A stretch of DNA of 63,281 bases, counting the filler, from Hausera hauseri (Eukaryota), in NCBI GenBank assembly GCA_046269625.1. It is 12 parts of 12 records of this genome, joined end to end, with 100 filler letters (N's around TTAATTAATTAA, not from the genome) between each part and the next. Parts side by side here need not be neighbours in the genome. Positions count along the whole stretch, not along the records: positions 1 to 3,955 come from JBJURY010860632.1; positions 4,056 to 14,936 come from JBJURY010144424.1; 10 more parts are not named here. One strand, written 5' to 3'. Position numbers and translations under genes: made by a program. Positions within the stretch are counted from its first letter, which is position 1; each line of letters opens with the position of its first letter. Shown here one piece after another: positions 1 through 10,515 of this stretch. The notes under the pieces are model-generated. The model did not search any database. It worked only from the letters and a program-made list of their open reading frames with translations, and was not told where the DNA came from.

Positions 1-129
1 CTTTCTATATTTGTGTTTGGTTTAGTCAAAGGGTTTTCGTCTGATTCAGAACTATTCCTTGCTGAATCAGTGCGTGAAGTTACAATATTAACGTTAACTC
101 TACTTTGAATGTTATACGCCAGTGTGTCT

Positions 130-146
130 CCTCACTAGGGGCACCA
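130..146 (-). promoter_or_regulatory. Primer-binding site (elongator tRNA-Met type) of an LTR retrotransposon
   Basis: Minus strand reads ...TTATCA-C-TGGTGCCCCTAGTGAGG, a near match to the complement of the elongator tRNA-Met 3' end (TGGTGCCCCGTGTGAGG). It lies directly after an LTR CA end. Confidence 0.75.
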
Positions 147-147
147 G

Positions 148-895
148 TGATAAGTTTATAGGTTAAGATTTATTGGTCTTACGACCTTAAACTTATACTC
201 TTTACTTAAGACTAAATAGAGTCTGGGTTTTTCCTTCCCCCTAGACCAAAGACAAATTTTTCTTATGAGCAACCTGTGAGATTGCCTTCGAGTCTTATTT
301 GACCTTAGTGTGAAAACCGTTCAGGAGGAACACTGACGGTTTACCCCTTACTTATTAGAATTTATACATCCGGCAAATTACAGGGCCGGAATACCAAAAC
401 GGGTTAGGATTTTAATATTAATTAATCCTTACTACTAACTATTATACTCTACGACAAAACTAAAATCAAATTAATGTATATTAAAAATAATTAATTTACA
501 ATCTATAATCAAAAGAGTACAAAAATTAAAGAAAAAGCTTACAAGTATTGTAATGAAGCATCATAAAGGTAGGTACGAATTGTTGTTCGTTGTCACCAGA
601 AAAGGAATTGTGTTTCAGTCATAAAAATTACGGTATTTATACCAAACCAATACAAATACCATTACGAGAAAAATTTACATTTAATTAAATCCATCACAAG
701 AAAAATAAAAATCAATTAAAATGATCACAAAAGAAACAAAAATCAATTTAAAATTCCAATGCAGGTAGTTTCATATTTCATTGTTTATTTTTTTAGATCA
801 GTCAATTTGAAAGTGCAGTACAGGTAATGACATTGTTTATTTTGTTCGGAGCATGTTTATTTTTCATTTTAGGACCAACGAGTGGTTACTGGACA
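148..895 (-). repeat. LTR of a Gypsy-type element (about 750 bp)
   Basis: Starts TGTCCAG on minus right after the PPT, ends TTATCA before the PBS, has TATAAATA near 634-641, and has a diverged second copy at about 2955-3586. Confidence 0.75.
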
Positions 896-909
896 TCTTC
901 TCCCACCTT
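896..909 (-). promoter_or_regulatory. Polypurine tract
   Basis: Minus strand AAGGTGGGAGAAGA immediately before the TG of the LTR. Confidence 0.7.
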
Positions 910-2284
910 AGGTAAGGTTGTCCTCAGCTTTAAGGCATAGGTTTCTAGGATACCGTTGGAATATTTATAATTAGCGGAACCTATCCGCAACCACTAATTT
1001 CCTTTTCGAATCTTCCTTTTAAGGGTAACTGTTTTTCGTGTAGTTCTTTTCTTCTTTAAAGATTCTGTTAAATCCACTAGGATAGATTCGTTGGAACTGC
1101 TTGCAGGGAGCGATTGATTGATAGTTGGTTGGTTATGTTAGATGTTTCAGGGGTATCGTTAGTATCCATCTATTCGCATTTAGAATCATCTGTCAAGGTC
1201 AATGTTAGGAATTGTTCATTGTCGAGCAGAATTTCGTTTACGGTTGATTCTGGTTTATCTAATTGAGATTGAATGGGTAATTTTTGGAGATTTCCTTTAT
1301 TGATTTTATATTCGTTCATAGAATTGTATATCTTTAATATTGTTGCAGCCTTCTCCTTGGCACGTTGAGGATATACGATGTCATTAAATTTCATTAAGAC
1401 TTGCTTATGGGTCAATGTTTTATCGGGATTTATTTCCGGATGATTTAAAAGATCCCTAATTCCTAATATTGCGTTGGTATCAAAAAGATCAAGGTGTTTT
1501 AAATATCAATTCCAACTATCATCTTTCCATTGAGTTTTTTTCTAATAAGGGATCTAACTTGATAGGCATCTATCTATCCGGTTAAATCTACTTGTTTTAA
1601 TGCAGTGATCGGACTGTTGTAATTATCTATCCGGTCTCGTGGAGTAACGAGTTCGTCCAAAATGATATCTCCTTCAATATCCCTAATGGTTAATTCCACG
1701 AGAGTTGTCTCTTTGTTGCGTAATGGGGTTAGAAGGAAAGCAAAATTTGTTGCCAATATGGCTATTTGATCCTTTGATTTCAGCGGCAATCTGGAGAAGG
1801 ATATTCCGGTTGTGAGCTGATCACGATTGGGTAAATTTGAGGGATATATCGACTTCTCATATTCGATTTTAGGGAGGGTTTCTCTTCGCGTGACCTCAAT
1901 GTAAATTATCGGAGATGGGCCTCCGTAGGTTCGTAAAATAATTGTCACATTCCGGTAAAATTTCTTGTCCACACGAATCGTAGTATATGCCGTGACATCT
2001 GAAGTGTCAGTAAAATCATTTAAGTGTGCTCGGCTTTTTATTTAAAGATGGCCTTTTGCCGTAGACACAAAGACTGACGTGGTTTGACTGGAGATGTCAA
2101 TTAAATCTGAAAGTTTTGTAGAAGTGTTAGGCAATTTCATTATCAATCCGGATCTTTGATGGAGAAGATGGCCTTTTAAGTTGTTGGGTATGAGATTTGC
2201 CTTACCATAATAGACATAATCTTTGTTGTCTGTTTCATTCAAATTGCTGATAATGTTATAATAAAAAGATTTGGTTCTGTCCAT
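910..2284 (-). pseudogene. Decayed 3' accessory gene: unknown N-terminal domain plus inactive REX4/ISG20-like DEDDh exonuclease fold
   Basis: ORF pieces 2042-2284, 1574-1972 and 1170-1415. VELTIRDIEGDIILDELVTPRDRIDNYNSPITAL matches the REX4-type pattern VSIVN.G..VYD..VKP...I.DY.T..SGI, but the DxE motif reads ATNF. Broken by stops and frameshifts. Confidence 0.65.
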
Positions 2285-2325
2285 AAGTTCGGATCCTTCT
2301 TGAACTAAAAGGAAATAAACAAATA

Positions 2326-2958
2326 TTAACCAAAATGATTTAGAGATGGGAATATAAATAAAGGCATTGTCTTTAATTTATAGTTTTTGTAGATTGCAAA
2401 AAATTTCGTGACTTCATTCTGTATCTTTGTACAGTAACACACGGTCATGTCTATTGGTCGACAAACTTGTTGTTTACTTGTTTGATTGTTTTCATTAGGG
2501 AGACTTAATTGGCAGTCTTGCCATTCTGGATTATTCGGCTTTTTAGCGAATGGCTTTTGGGTTGACGGGCAATTCAGCCGTTTAGGAGTATGTGGAATTT
2601 CATCTTTGGGCGCACTCATTTCCCCTGTTAACATGTTTTGGGAGTCTTTTCTTAAAAGTCTTAACTGGTTTATTATTTTTCTTATTTTACGTCGTCGCTG
2701 TCTTATTTTTGAATAATAGATTGTTAAGGGTAAAAATATTATTAATAATATTAAAATAACGCATAGTACTCTAATTATCCAAGGGTATTTATTAGAGGTT
2801 TCTCCTTGGATTGGTATGATAGTTGTTTTCATAACTTTCTTTGTGACAGTCATAGGTGATTTTAACGTTTTCTCTTTCTTTCTGAGAACTTGTAGGATTT
2901 GTCCGTCTTCATCTAGCTCTGTTATCACAATCTTATAATTAATGTCGGGTTCCAGGGT
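2326..2958 (-). CDS. 5'-truncated FN3-end plus transmembrane protein of the LTR element
   Basis: In-frame extension upstream of the called start reads TLEPDINYKIVI (FN3 L.P.T.Y motif). It is followed by TM WIIRVLCVILILLIIFLPLTIYY and a basic stop-transfer RQRRRKIRK. Confidence 0.5.
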   Translation of the reverse strand, partial: TLEPDINYKIVITELDEDGQILQVLRKKEKTLKSPMTVTKKVMKTTIIPIQGETSNKYPWIIRVLCVILILLIIFLPLTIYYSKIRQRRRKIRKIINQLRLLRKDSQNMLTGEMSAPKDEIPHTPKRLNCPSTQKPFAKKPNNPEWQDCQLSLPNENNQTSKQQVCRPIDMTVCYCTKIQNEVTKFFAIYKNYKLKTMPLFIFPSLNHFG

Positions 2959-3586
2959 TGCTTTCAGATTTTATTTGACCTTAATGTGAGAACCGTTCAG
3001 GAGGAACACTGACGGTTTATCCTAACTTAGTAGAATTTATAAATCCGGCAGATTACAGGGCCGGAATACCAAAACGTGTTAATATTTTAATATTAGTTAA
3101 TCCTTACTACTAAATATTACGTAACTATACTTTACAACAAAACTAAAATCAAATTAATATGTATTAAAATAATTAATTTGCAATCTATTACCAAAAGAAT
3201 ACAAAAATTAATGAAAAGACTTACAAGTATTGTAGTGAAGCATCATAAAAGTAAGTACGAATTGTCGTTCGTTATCACCAAAAAAATTGTGTTTCAGTCA
3301 TAAAAATTACAGTATTTATACCAACCCAACATAAATACCATTACAAGAAAAATTTACATTTAATTTATATTCACTACAAAGAAAATAAAAATCAATTAAG
3401 ATGGTTACAGGATAAACAGAAATCAATTTAAAATTCCAATACAGGTAATTTATTTTATCTACTCATATTTCATTGTTTATTTTTCTTTTAGGATTGCCAA
3501 TTCAAAATTGGAGTACAGGTGATCACATTGTTTGTTTTTCCAACATGTTTATTTTTAATTTAGAATCAGCGATTGATTACTGTACA
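2955..3586 (-). repeat. Second, 3'-truncated and diverged copy of the 148-895 LTR
   Basis: Direct repeat, e.g. ttatttgaccttaatgtgagaaccgttcaggaggaacactgacgg (2971) vs ttatttgaccttagtgtgaaaaccgttcaggaggaacactgacgg (295). Starts TGTACAG on minus at 3586. Confidence 0.8.
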
Positions 3587-3955
3587 ATATTGTGAAAGAC
3601 AAGAAGACAGTCACAGAAATTATCTATATCTATTACTGACCCCGATCACCAGTAACAGCTGTCGAAATTATATTCGAAAGAGAGATAGCATGTCCCAAGC
3701 AGCAGGGGCAATCGCGTCAAATTCAATGATAAAAACATATTTTTCGAAGATATTCACCGAAACTCTCAACGTTTTTGTCCATTCAAAGACTTATACTTGT
3801 CGATCGAGAAATGATACTCACGTTCTCGAATGTCGCGTAACGGATCTTATGACAAATAAAGATATCTCCGGAAAGTTTACCATTCAATGGTCGTTTAAGG
3901 ATACCAGTGGGAAAGAATTCAATCCGACAGATTTGGCTCAAATTGTCGAAACTCA

Positions 3956-4055
3956 NNNNNNNNNNNNNNNNNNNNNNNNNNNNNNNNNNNNNNNNNNNNT
4001 TAATTAATTAANNNNNNNNNNNNNNNNNNNNNNNNNNNNNNNNNNNNNNNNNNNN
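3956..4055. other. Artificial contig linker; same linker at 14937-15036, 20021-20120, 25308-25407, 29451-29550, 34132-34231, 38693-38792, 43982-44081, 49034-49133, 53810-53909, 58778-58877
   Basis: Identical 100-nt N blocks with a central TTAATTAATTAA (stops in all six frames). Confidence 0.98.
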
Positions 4056-5600
4056 AAAAGCAAACAAAGAGAGGTTAGGACCTACGTTACCCAAGGTTCT
4101 GAGAATACACGTGAAAAGGAAGAAATGGTGGCGTTGAGAACAGTAGAAGTATCGTTAATTAATGGGAATAAAATAAAAAAGGCAGTAATGTTATTAGACG
4201 ACGCTGGTACCGAAAGCTTCGTCGATTCAGGGTTGTGCGAAGAGTTAGGTGTCAGTAAGAAGACGGAAAAATTAACGATAACCGTTGTCGGAGGGAAACA
4301 GACCAAGATGTCTACCGATAGGGTAAAAATGGTGTTACTAAATATGGAACGGTCAATGGAAGTTAAATTTGAATTGTTGGCCATGAGAAAACCTACGGGA
4401 CGAATGAGGACGGTAAATTGGTCTATAGAAAAACAGAAGTGGTTACACGTGAAGAACATAAATTTTCCAAAAATGTCACCCAGTTTGAAAGTGGACGGGT
4501 TTATCGGGGTGAATTTTATGGAACTACATAGGCCGATCAAGGAGGTGTACGGAAAAAAGGGAGCGCCGGTGGCACGATTAACCCCGTTAGGTTGGACATG
4601 TGTAGGAAAAATAAAAAAGAGAAGGAAAATTATAAATAGCACTTTTGTGAGGGCCTTCTGGACTAGAACAGAAGAAATTCAAAATGATTTAAGTCGGTTA
4701 TGGGAGGTAGAGTTCAATATGGATGTAAAAGAGTCTGCAAGGTCTGAACAAAAGGAGAGAGCAGCGAGAAGGATATTAGATGAGATGACTTACGAGGAGA
4801 ATAGATATTGTGTGCCGTTGCCATGGAAAGAAGGAGTACAATCTAAGATGGAAAAAATGAATGGATGGCACATAAACGGTTAGAAATTTTAAAGAGAAAG
4901 CTGAACAAAGATGAAACGGCAAAGGCAGCTTATGAAAAGGTGATAGAAACTCATACCAAGGAAGGATATATCCGAATAGTGAAAGAACAGGAAGAACAAG
5001 AAACGGCTTGGTTACTTCCGAACTTTCCGGTTATGAAGGTCGATAGATACACCACGAAATGTCAGATCGTTTTCGATGCTGCTTCAAAATATCGAGGAAA
5101 ATGTCTGAACGATTTCTTGGACCCCGTCCCGAAATTACAGTTGGACATTGTGGACATTGTATTGAGGATGAGAAAACAGCCGTGGGTTGTCATATGAGAT
5201 ATCCAGGAAATGTTTCTGCAGATCAAGGTGAAACAAGAAGACAAAAAATATTTGAGGTTTCTTTGGTATAAGGAAGGAAAATTCAAAACGTATGAATTTA
5301 ATCGGTTAGTATTCGGATTAAACTCTTCCCCATTTCTGGCACAATTAGTGTCAAGACACAACGCTGAAGTTTTTAAGAAAATATTTCCCCGAGCTGTAGA
5401 GACGATAGAGTGTTCCACGTACATGGACGACTGTATCAACTCAGTTGACACCGAGGGAGAAGCCGTATCGTTATATGGGGAACTAAATAAGATTTGGGAA
5501 GAAGCTGGGATGAAACCACACAAATAAATGTTCAACTCTGTTAAATTAGTGAAGATAATACCTGTCGTAAACCAAGTTAAGGAATTCCACATATAGGATA
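4056..5600 (+). mobile_element. BEL/Pao LTR retrotransposon pol fragment (protease, RT), decayed
   Basis: MLLDDAGTESFV protease, ARLTPLGW, RYCVPLPWK, TTKCQIVFDAAS, DIQEMFLQI, VFGLNSSPFLA and YMDD are all BEL/Pao motifs. Contains frameshifts and stops. Confidence 0.9.
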
Positions 5601-6340
5601 ATTTGTTCGTTCGTAGATGCAAATGTCCTTTATTACGGCCGCACTGTCTCGAGTAACGGCTAATCCGACTGCAAAGAGTTAACGGCTAAAAGGGGTTCAT
5701 CAAAAGCAAATAGGAAAACAGATGCAAAACGTTACACAAAACACGTTAAAAACAAATCTAACTGGTCTAGACAAAAACGCAGAGAAAATAAATAAAATCA
5801 GAAGATAGGCAGGAAGTGTCAATAGATATACTGGTGGCCCTATGTTCGGAAATGGAACGAATAAAAATTAGTAGTAGTATTAGTAGTTTGAGCAGAACCT
5901 GTCATTCCACTCAGTGAAATAAACAAACAAATATTATATGCATGAACAAGGCACTTGACAGACCTGAGTTGACAGGACGATTCGTCTTAAGCTTCAAGTG
6001 TGATGCTCACCTGACCATGCCATTCCCTCACTTCAGAATCTCACAATGCGGAGATTAATGCTGATTACGAGTGTGAGGTTCTCTGACAGTCCCCTCTGAG
6101 GCCACTGATAATATTTTCCTATCTACAGATCTGCCATGCGATATGATAACTGGGCTTGAGAAACCGTCCATTTTCCGTGGCATCCACATAACGTTAACAG
6201 AGGACAAAAATGAAGATGACTGTAGATTTGTGCAGTATAAAGAGCGTGACTACTTACTAACTATTTAAGATCAATACAGAAAACAAATGGTATTTGCATT
6301 TAACTGTCAAGTCTAGTATTAATTGTTTAATACCTTTCAG

Positions 6341-7047
6341 AATTGACGAATGTGTCTATGACACTACTTTCATGACCAAGCAAAATAGATGTAACATAAC
6401 CTATAAGGAGTATAAAAAGATGGCTAGATATAATGACATAGAAATCACTGAAAACTTGTTTGTACTAATTTACCCTAAACAAGATAGGATAGCATTCAGT
6501 TGGAATCACCAAATGAATACACGGAATACTTGGGTGAGTATAACTTGTATAAACCAACATCATCAGCAAAGAGTTATACTTGAAAGGAAACAAAAATACG
6601 TCTACTGCATAGGACTAAGTTCAGATACTGAATATTTAGTAGTAGTAAAGAACTGTACTCATTATTCAGAGATCTATATTAAAACATTGCAGAAAATAAA
6701 TGAAGTAGTCAAATTTAGTTATGATAAAAAAGATGCTAGGAATGAACCTGTGACTATGAAGCCAAAAATTGACAATGTCGAACTAAGTATTACAATATGC
6801 TCTTTGTTAATTATTGTATTAAGTATAGCTTTGTTGTTTGTGTTGGCTATAGGCACTTTAATTATTCCAAAAATAGTTCGACATAATCATACTGACACTA
6901 TCACGTGTCACTGCCCACTAATTTCAAGATGGCGGTCGCAGACTAGTCATCAGCACGAGCAATTACCGCACGCACTACACGCGCCCCCACAAATAGTTAC
7001 ATTATTAGCATATTCATTGGTTATGTGTTGTTTACACACCAACAAAG
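6341..7047 (+). CDS. FN3-like ectodomain plus transmembrane protein (probably spliced) of an LTR element
   Basis: 5' part of ORF 6294-9086 after acceptor cctttcag (6340). Contains IAFSW...GLSSDTEYLVVV (FN3 pattern) and TM LSITICSLLIIVLSIALLFVLAIGTLII. Confidence 0.5.
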
Positions 7048-7103
7048 GTGAGTATTTAAATGAATTTTATTTATTTCCAGCTCTTTGCAAATTTTCCTCA
7101 AAA

Positions 7104-9086
7104 ATGAAACGTCAAAATCCGAAGATGAATAAAACCGAAACACAGATACAATCCAACCTACTATTTTCCAAACTCTGTCCTCAGTATCACGCAGATCAAC
7201 TGGATGCGGCAACTCTAATGCAAAATTACGGAATCAAGAAGGGCACTTTCAGTAAAACTATATCGAAGACTTTTTATAACAATATAAGAAGACACTTAAT
7301 AAAAGAAGAAAATTTCGTAGCTTTAAATGTGGTTCGAATCCCGAACCAACTAAAGCACGAAATTACCGTGAATAGAAACCTCGGAATTTATCAAATCACT
7401 GAAGCCCGCCAGATAGAGCTAAAAAGATATATGGCAAAAACTGACAAAGTAGACGGACTCGTTATTCATGTAGCCAGAGGCATGATTTGCCTAAAAACTA
7501 GAAACGAAACCCAATTCAAGGACCAGAGAGAAAATCTCATATACGAAGAAGAAAGTCAGTTTATCAATACACCTATGAGTGTAGACTTGTTGCAAATAAG
7601 GCCTGTATACCTTCCGGTAATCCTGATGATCGAATGGCTTCTTCCAGAGAAGCATCTATACCTACCACGACCAATGATTCTAGCGCAGAGTCCTCCAGAG
7701 CTAATTAAGCAGAACGGGTTAAATTTTATCAACACGAATCAAAGCAATACTGTTCGGATATTAACAGTGTCTATCGGATATATGGAAGATAACAGTCCTT
7801 TGCCAATACACGTCACGGTAGCAAACAGAAAAGGAGCAATTTTATATGAGGCTATAGTAGCTAATAGAAAGAAACTACATAATTTGAACTCCATAAGACA
7901 CGGCATTCTCTCAGATATTATTTCCAACTACGGACAAGACATATTCGATGTCACCAAGGAGCTAATCAATTGGATATTCGGAACAGTGGTGATTGGAGTA
8001 GAAACACACAAAATGCTCGAGATTTTCGATATCCCCCTAAACTATCTTGCCGGGGTCGTGGACATACTAAAACATGAGGAGATTACAGGAAAAACGTTTC
8101 AGCAGATAACTCTAATGAATGCCAGCATGTTGCTCAAGTTACCTGGACATCAGAGCGGACAAGGTTATGAACAGGATAATCGAGGGAAGTTGAAGTTTAC
8201 AATGGATATTTTCAGATTGATAGTGGATCCGTTAAAAGTAGCATGGTGCCCCCCAGATCCATTTAATAACTTTGTAGATCCAGCAGAATTGTTTTATGAT
8301 GGAGAAAAATATCTGACAGATTTTGCCTGGATACACCATGTAGCAGGAGGATCGAACAAAAATACGGAAATCCTAATAGATGAAATTATGGATGAACTAA
8401 AAACTCCATCAGTCTCAGATATATCAGACATAGTGGCAGAAGAAGAAAAGTTACAAATAGAGGATCGAATTCCCGAAGTTGCGGACAATAATGATGAAAA
8501 TGGGAGAAAGTGGGATTATGAAGGCAGACAAATGAGTTCCGTAGCCATACAGACTGAGGAGACAGATTTCACTAGATTCACTAGGAGAGTCATACAAGGT
8601 TTGGAAGCATCAGAGACATTTACTTTCCCCTTCGGTGTTATCGTGTACACAAGGAATTTTAGTTTCCCAGTAATAATAGATTCGGTAGAAGCTCCTTCAT
8701 ATATCGATCAGACTATAACCAAAATCACTCTACAATCTTGGGATACCTACAGTAATGAGGTTATTGGCTTCATCTTCGAAAGATCCATAGATATCAAGCT
8801 GCTCTATCTGTTTGATAATTACGACAGACTATATCGTCTGCCTATCCGGTTGGACATAGATTTCAACAACAATCTTCCCATACAATTGAAAGATAAATCA
8901 GTAATAACAAAGCTAAGAAGTGAACACAAAGGAGGGAAGCTGATATACATCCTGATAATGAAATATAAGAAACCTTGTTTGATCCCAATTGAGAGAGTGC
9001 CAGAAAAGAAGAGACCAGATCCAGATCAGACCCTGACATTTCGGATCGAAAATGACATTCGTAACATTGTGGATCTTGACTGTTGA
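7104..9086 (+). CDS. LTR-element 3' accessory protein with inactive REX4/ISG20-like DEDDh fold (open frame)
   Basis: ATG follows acceptor ttatttccag (7080). IHVTVANRKGAILYEAIV...HGI...IFGTVVIG...VVD aligns by eye with REX-type exonucleases and with paralogues at 33051 and 54228. Catalytic acidic residues are absent. Confidence 0.65.
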   Translation: MKRQNPKMNKTETQIQSNLLFSKLCPQYHADQLDAATLMQNYGIKKGTFSKTISKTFYNNIRRHLIKEENFVALNVVRIPNQLKHEITVNRNLGIYQITEARQIELKRYMAKTDKVDGLVIHVARGMICLKTRNETQFKDQRENLIYEEESQFINTPMSVDLLQIRPVYLPVILMIEWLLPEKHLYLPRPMILAQSPPELIKQNGLNFINTNQSNTVRILTVSIGYMEDNSPLPIHVTVANRKGAILYEAIVANRKKLHNLNSIRHGILSDIISNYGQDIFDVTKELINWIFGTVVIGVETHKMLEIFDIPLNYLAGVVDILKHEEITGKTFQQITLMNASMLLKLPGHQSGQGYEQDNRGKLKFTMDIFRLIVDPLKVAWCPPDPFNNFVDPAELFYDGEKYLTDFAWIHHVAGGSNKNTEILIDEIMDELKTPSVSDISDIVAEEEKLQIEDRIPEVADNNDENGRKWDYEGRQMSSVAIQTEETDFTRFTRRVIQGLEASETFTFPFGVIVYTRNFSFPVIIDSVEAPSYIDQTITKITLQSWDTYSNEVIGFIFERSIDIKLLYLFDNYDRLYRLPIRLDIDFNNNLPIQLKDKSVITKLRSEHKGGKLIYILIMKYKKPCLIPIERVPEKKRPDPDQTLTFRIENDIRNIVDLDC

Positions 9087-9282
9087 AACATTAACTTTGT
9101 GATTCTACAAGCATGCTACTCCTTCGTTTCGTTTGATTGTGTCTTGTATTTTAATCCCTTCACCTATAATTGTAGCTTTTATTTTATTCTCTATTCTGTT
9201 TGGTCTATATGTACATATTATTTTTTTTATTATTAATAACTCCTTTAATTTCGTATGTCTTGGTCATGGTAAATGACCCCTT

Positions 9283-9295
9283 AAGGGTCGGGGAT
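9283..9295 (+). promoter_or_regulatory. Polypurine tract followed by LTR start (TGTTG at 9296)
   Basis: AAGGGTCGGGGAT|TGTTGTG about 200 bp after the ORF stop, the same layout as 56480. Confidence 0.6.
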
Positions 9296-9900
9296 TGTTG
9301 TGGATTAGTCAGCTAATAGTCTAGACTAGTTGGACTAGTCTAACCTTGATATTTAAATATACTGCGCGCGGCTAGTTTAAATTGCCGATTAAATTGAGGT
9401 TTGCGCCGGCGCTAGATTTGGATTAGGAAAAAATTATATAAATACTTGGTTGAAAATCATTAAAGGGACAACAAACAAAAACAGAAAAAAATTTCTATTG
9501 GTCTAGCTTTTAGACAAATTTGTGGAATTTATTGCTATTTGCGATCTGAGGCATTGAAGCTTAATTTGAAATTTCTAGATAGAAATTTTATTTGAAATTT
9601 TTTGGAGTAAGTTTTAGTAGATAATCGTGTTAGTTAGTTATTATCTTTTATTGGTAAAATTGATCATTTCATTTACATTTTTGTGTACGAATTGTGTGAA
9701 ATTATATTTATTTACTTAGACTCATTTCTGTTTATAAGTAAAATATTGAAGCACGTCTTGCAGAGAAGGCGTAGCTAATTAAACAAGTCTTCTTATCTTT
9801 TTCCTTAACACAGCAAACACTTACATATAATTAATCAGTATAAATTACCCTCAGATTTGTACTTAAGAGTTTTCGTTTAAGAAATTTATTTGAGAATTCT
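9296..9900 (+). repeat. Putative 3' LTR (end not determined)
   Basis: Begins TG after the PPT. TATATAAAT near 9436 is followed by short GT-AG intron-like segments (9654-9719, 9738-9813). Confidence 0.45.
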
Positions 9901-9921
9901 TAAAAAACAATAATAATATCT

Positions 9922-10515
9922 ATGGCCAATTTCAATAGATTTCAGGATAAAATATTTTCAACAGACATACTAACAGGTCTATTAGAGTGTTTCGTACATT
10001 TTCCATATAACGGTTACATAGCTCATCTCACTGATCAAGATATGGACAAAATCCACACGGGAGAGCCAAGCTTTGTATTTGCGTTATACGTGCAAGCACT
10101 TGCTAGCTTCTCAACACCAAATTTATGGACGATTCTTTTTATGGCTACTTTCGCTTTGCATGAAATCCAAGCGACGATCATCATCATCATCGATATGTTA
10201 GTAATTGCTTGTGCCGATACATTTTTGGTCCAACATAACTTTAGGCAAAAAATTATCCTGTTGATCATTGTTTGCATGGCTATGTTTATTGGATCTTTTC
10301 TGTTTACTATTCCGAAAGGTGGCATTTGGATGTTAATATTTGGTGTCATCAATTCTACCTATGTGGATATAATTCGTGAAAAAGCGGTCTTCTATGGTCA
10401 ACTACAACAAAATATAGCGACGATACGGGAATGTATCTTACTATCAATTACACAAATTGTCGACTCACGCCAACAACCACAAATACCATTATTTATTTTA
10501 CCTTTCTCGGTATAG
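9922..10515 (+). pseudogene. Intronless, diverged fragment of an SLC6 (sodium:neurotransmitter symporter) gene, about TM7-TM10
   Basis: GEPSFVFALYVQALASFSTPNLWTILF resembles SLC6 GPGLAFIVYPEAL..LP..PLWSILF. VCMAMFIGSFLFTIPKGGIW resembles C...FL.GL...T.GG.Y. Confidence 0.65.

Noticed and set aside
4082-5622. Antisense ORFs over transposon genes (also 20335, 27609, 28449, 35851, 36407, 62765 and others)
   Set aside because: Shadow frames of recognisable genes on the opposite strand.
6294-9086. Single 930-aa protein
   Set aside because: It has a TTG start inside a probable intron and an internal acceptor plus ATG that matches gene starts in paralogues, so two genes are more likely.
4056-9300. 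FN3-TM/exonuclease cassette as the 3' part of the BEL/Pao element
   Set aside because: The BEL pol breaks off after RT at about 5600 with no RNase H or integrase, followed by unrelated sequence. This looks like nesting or deletion.
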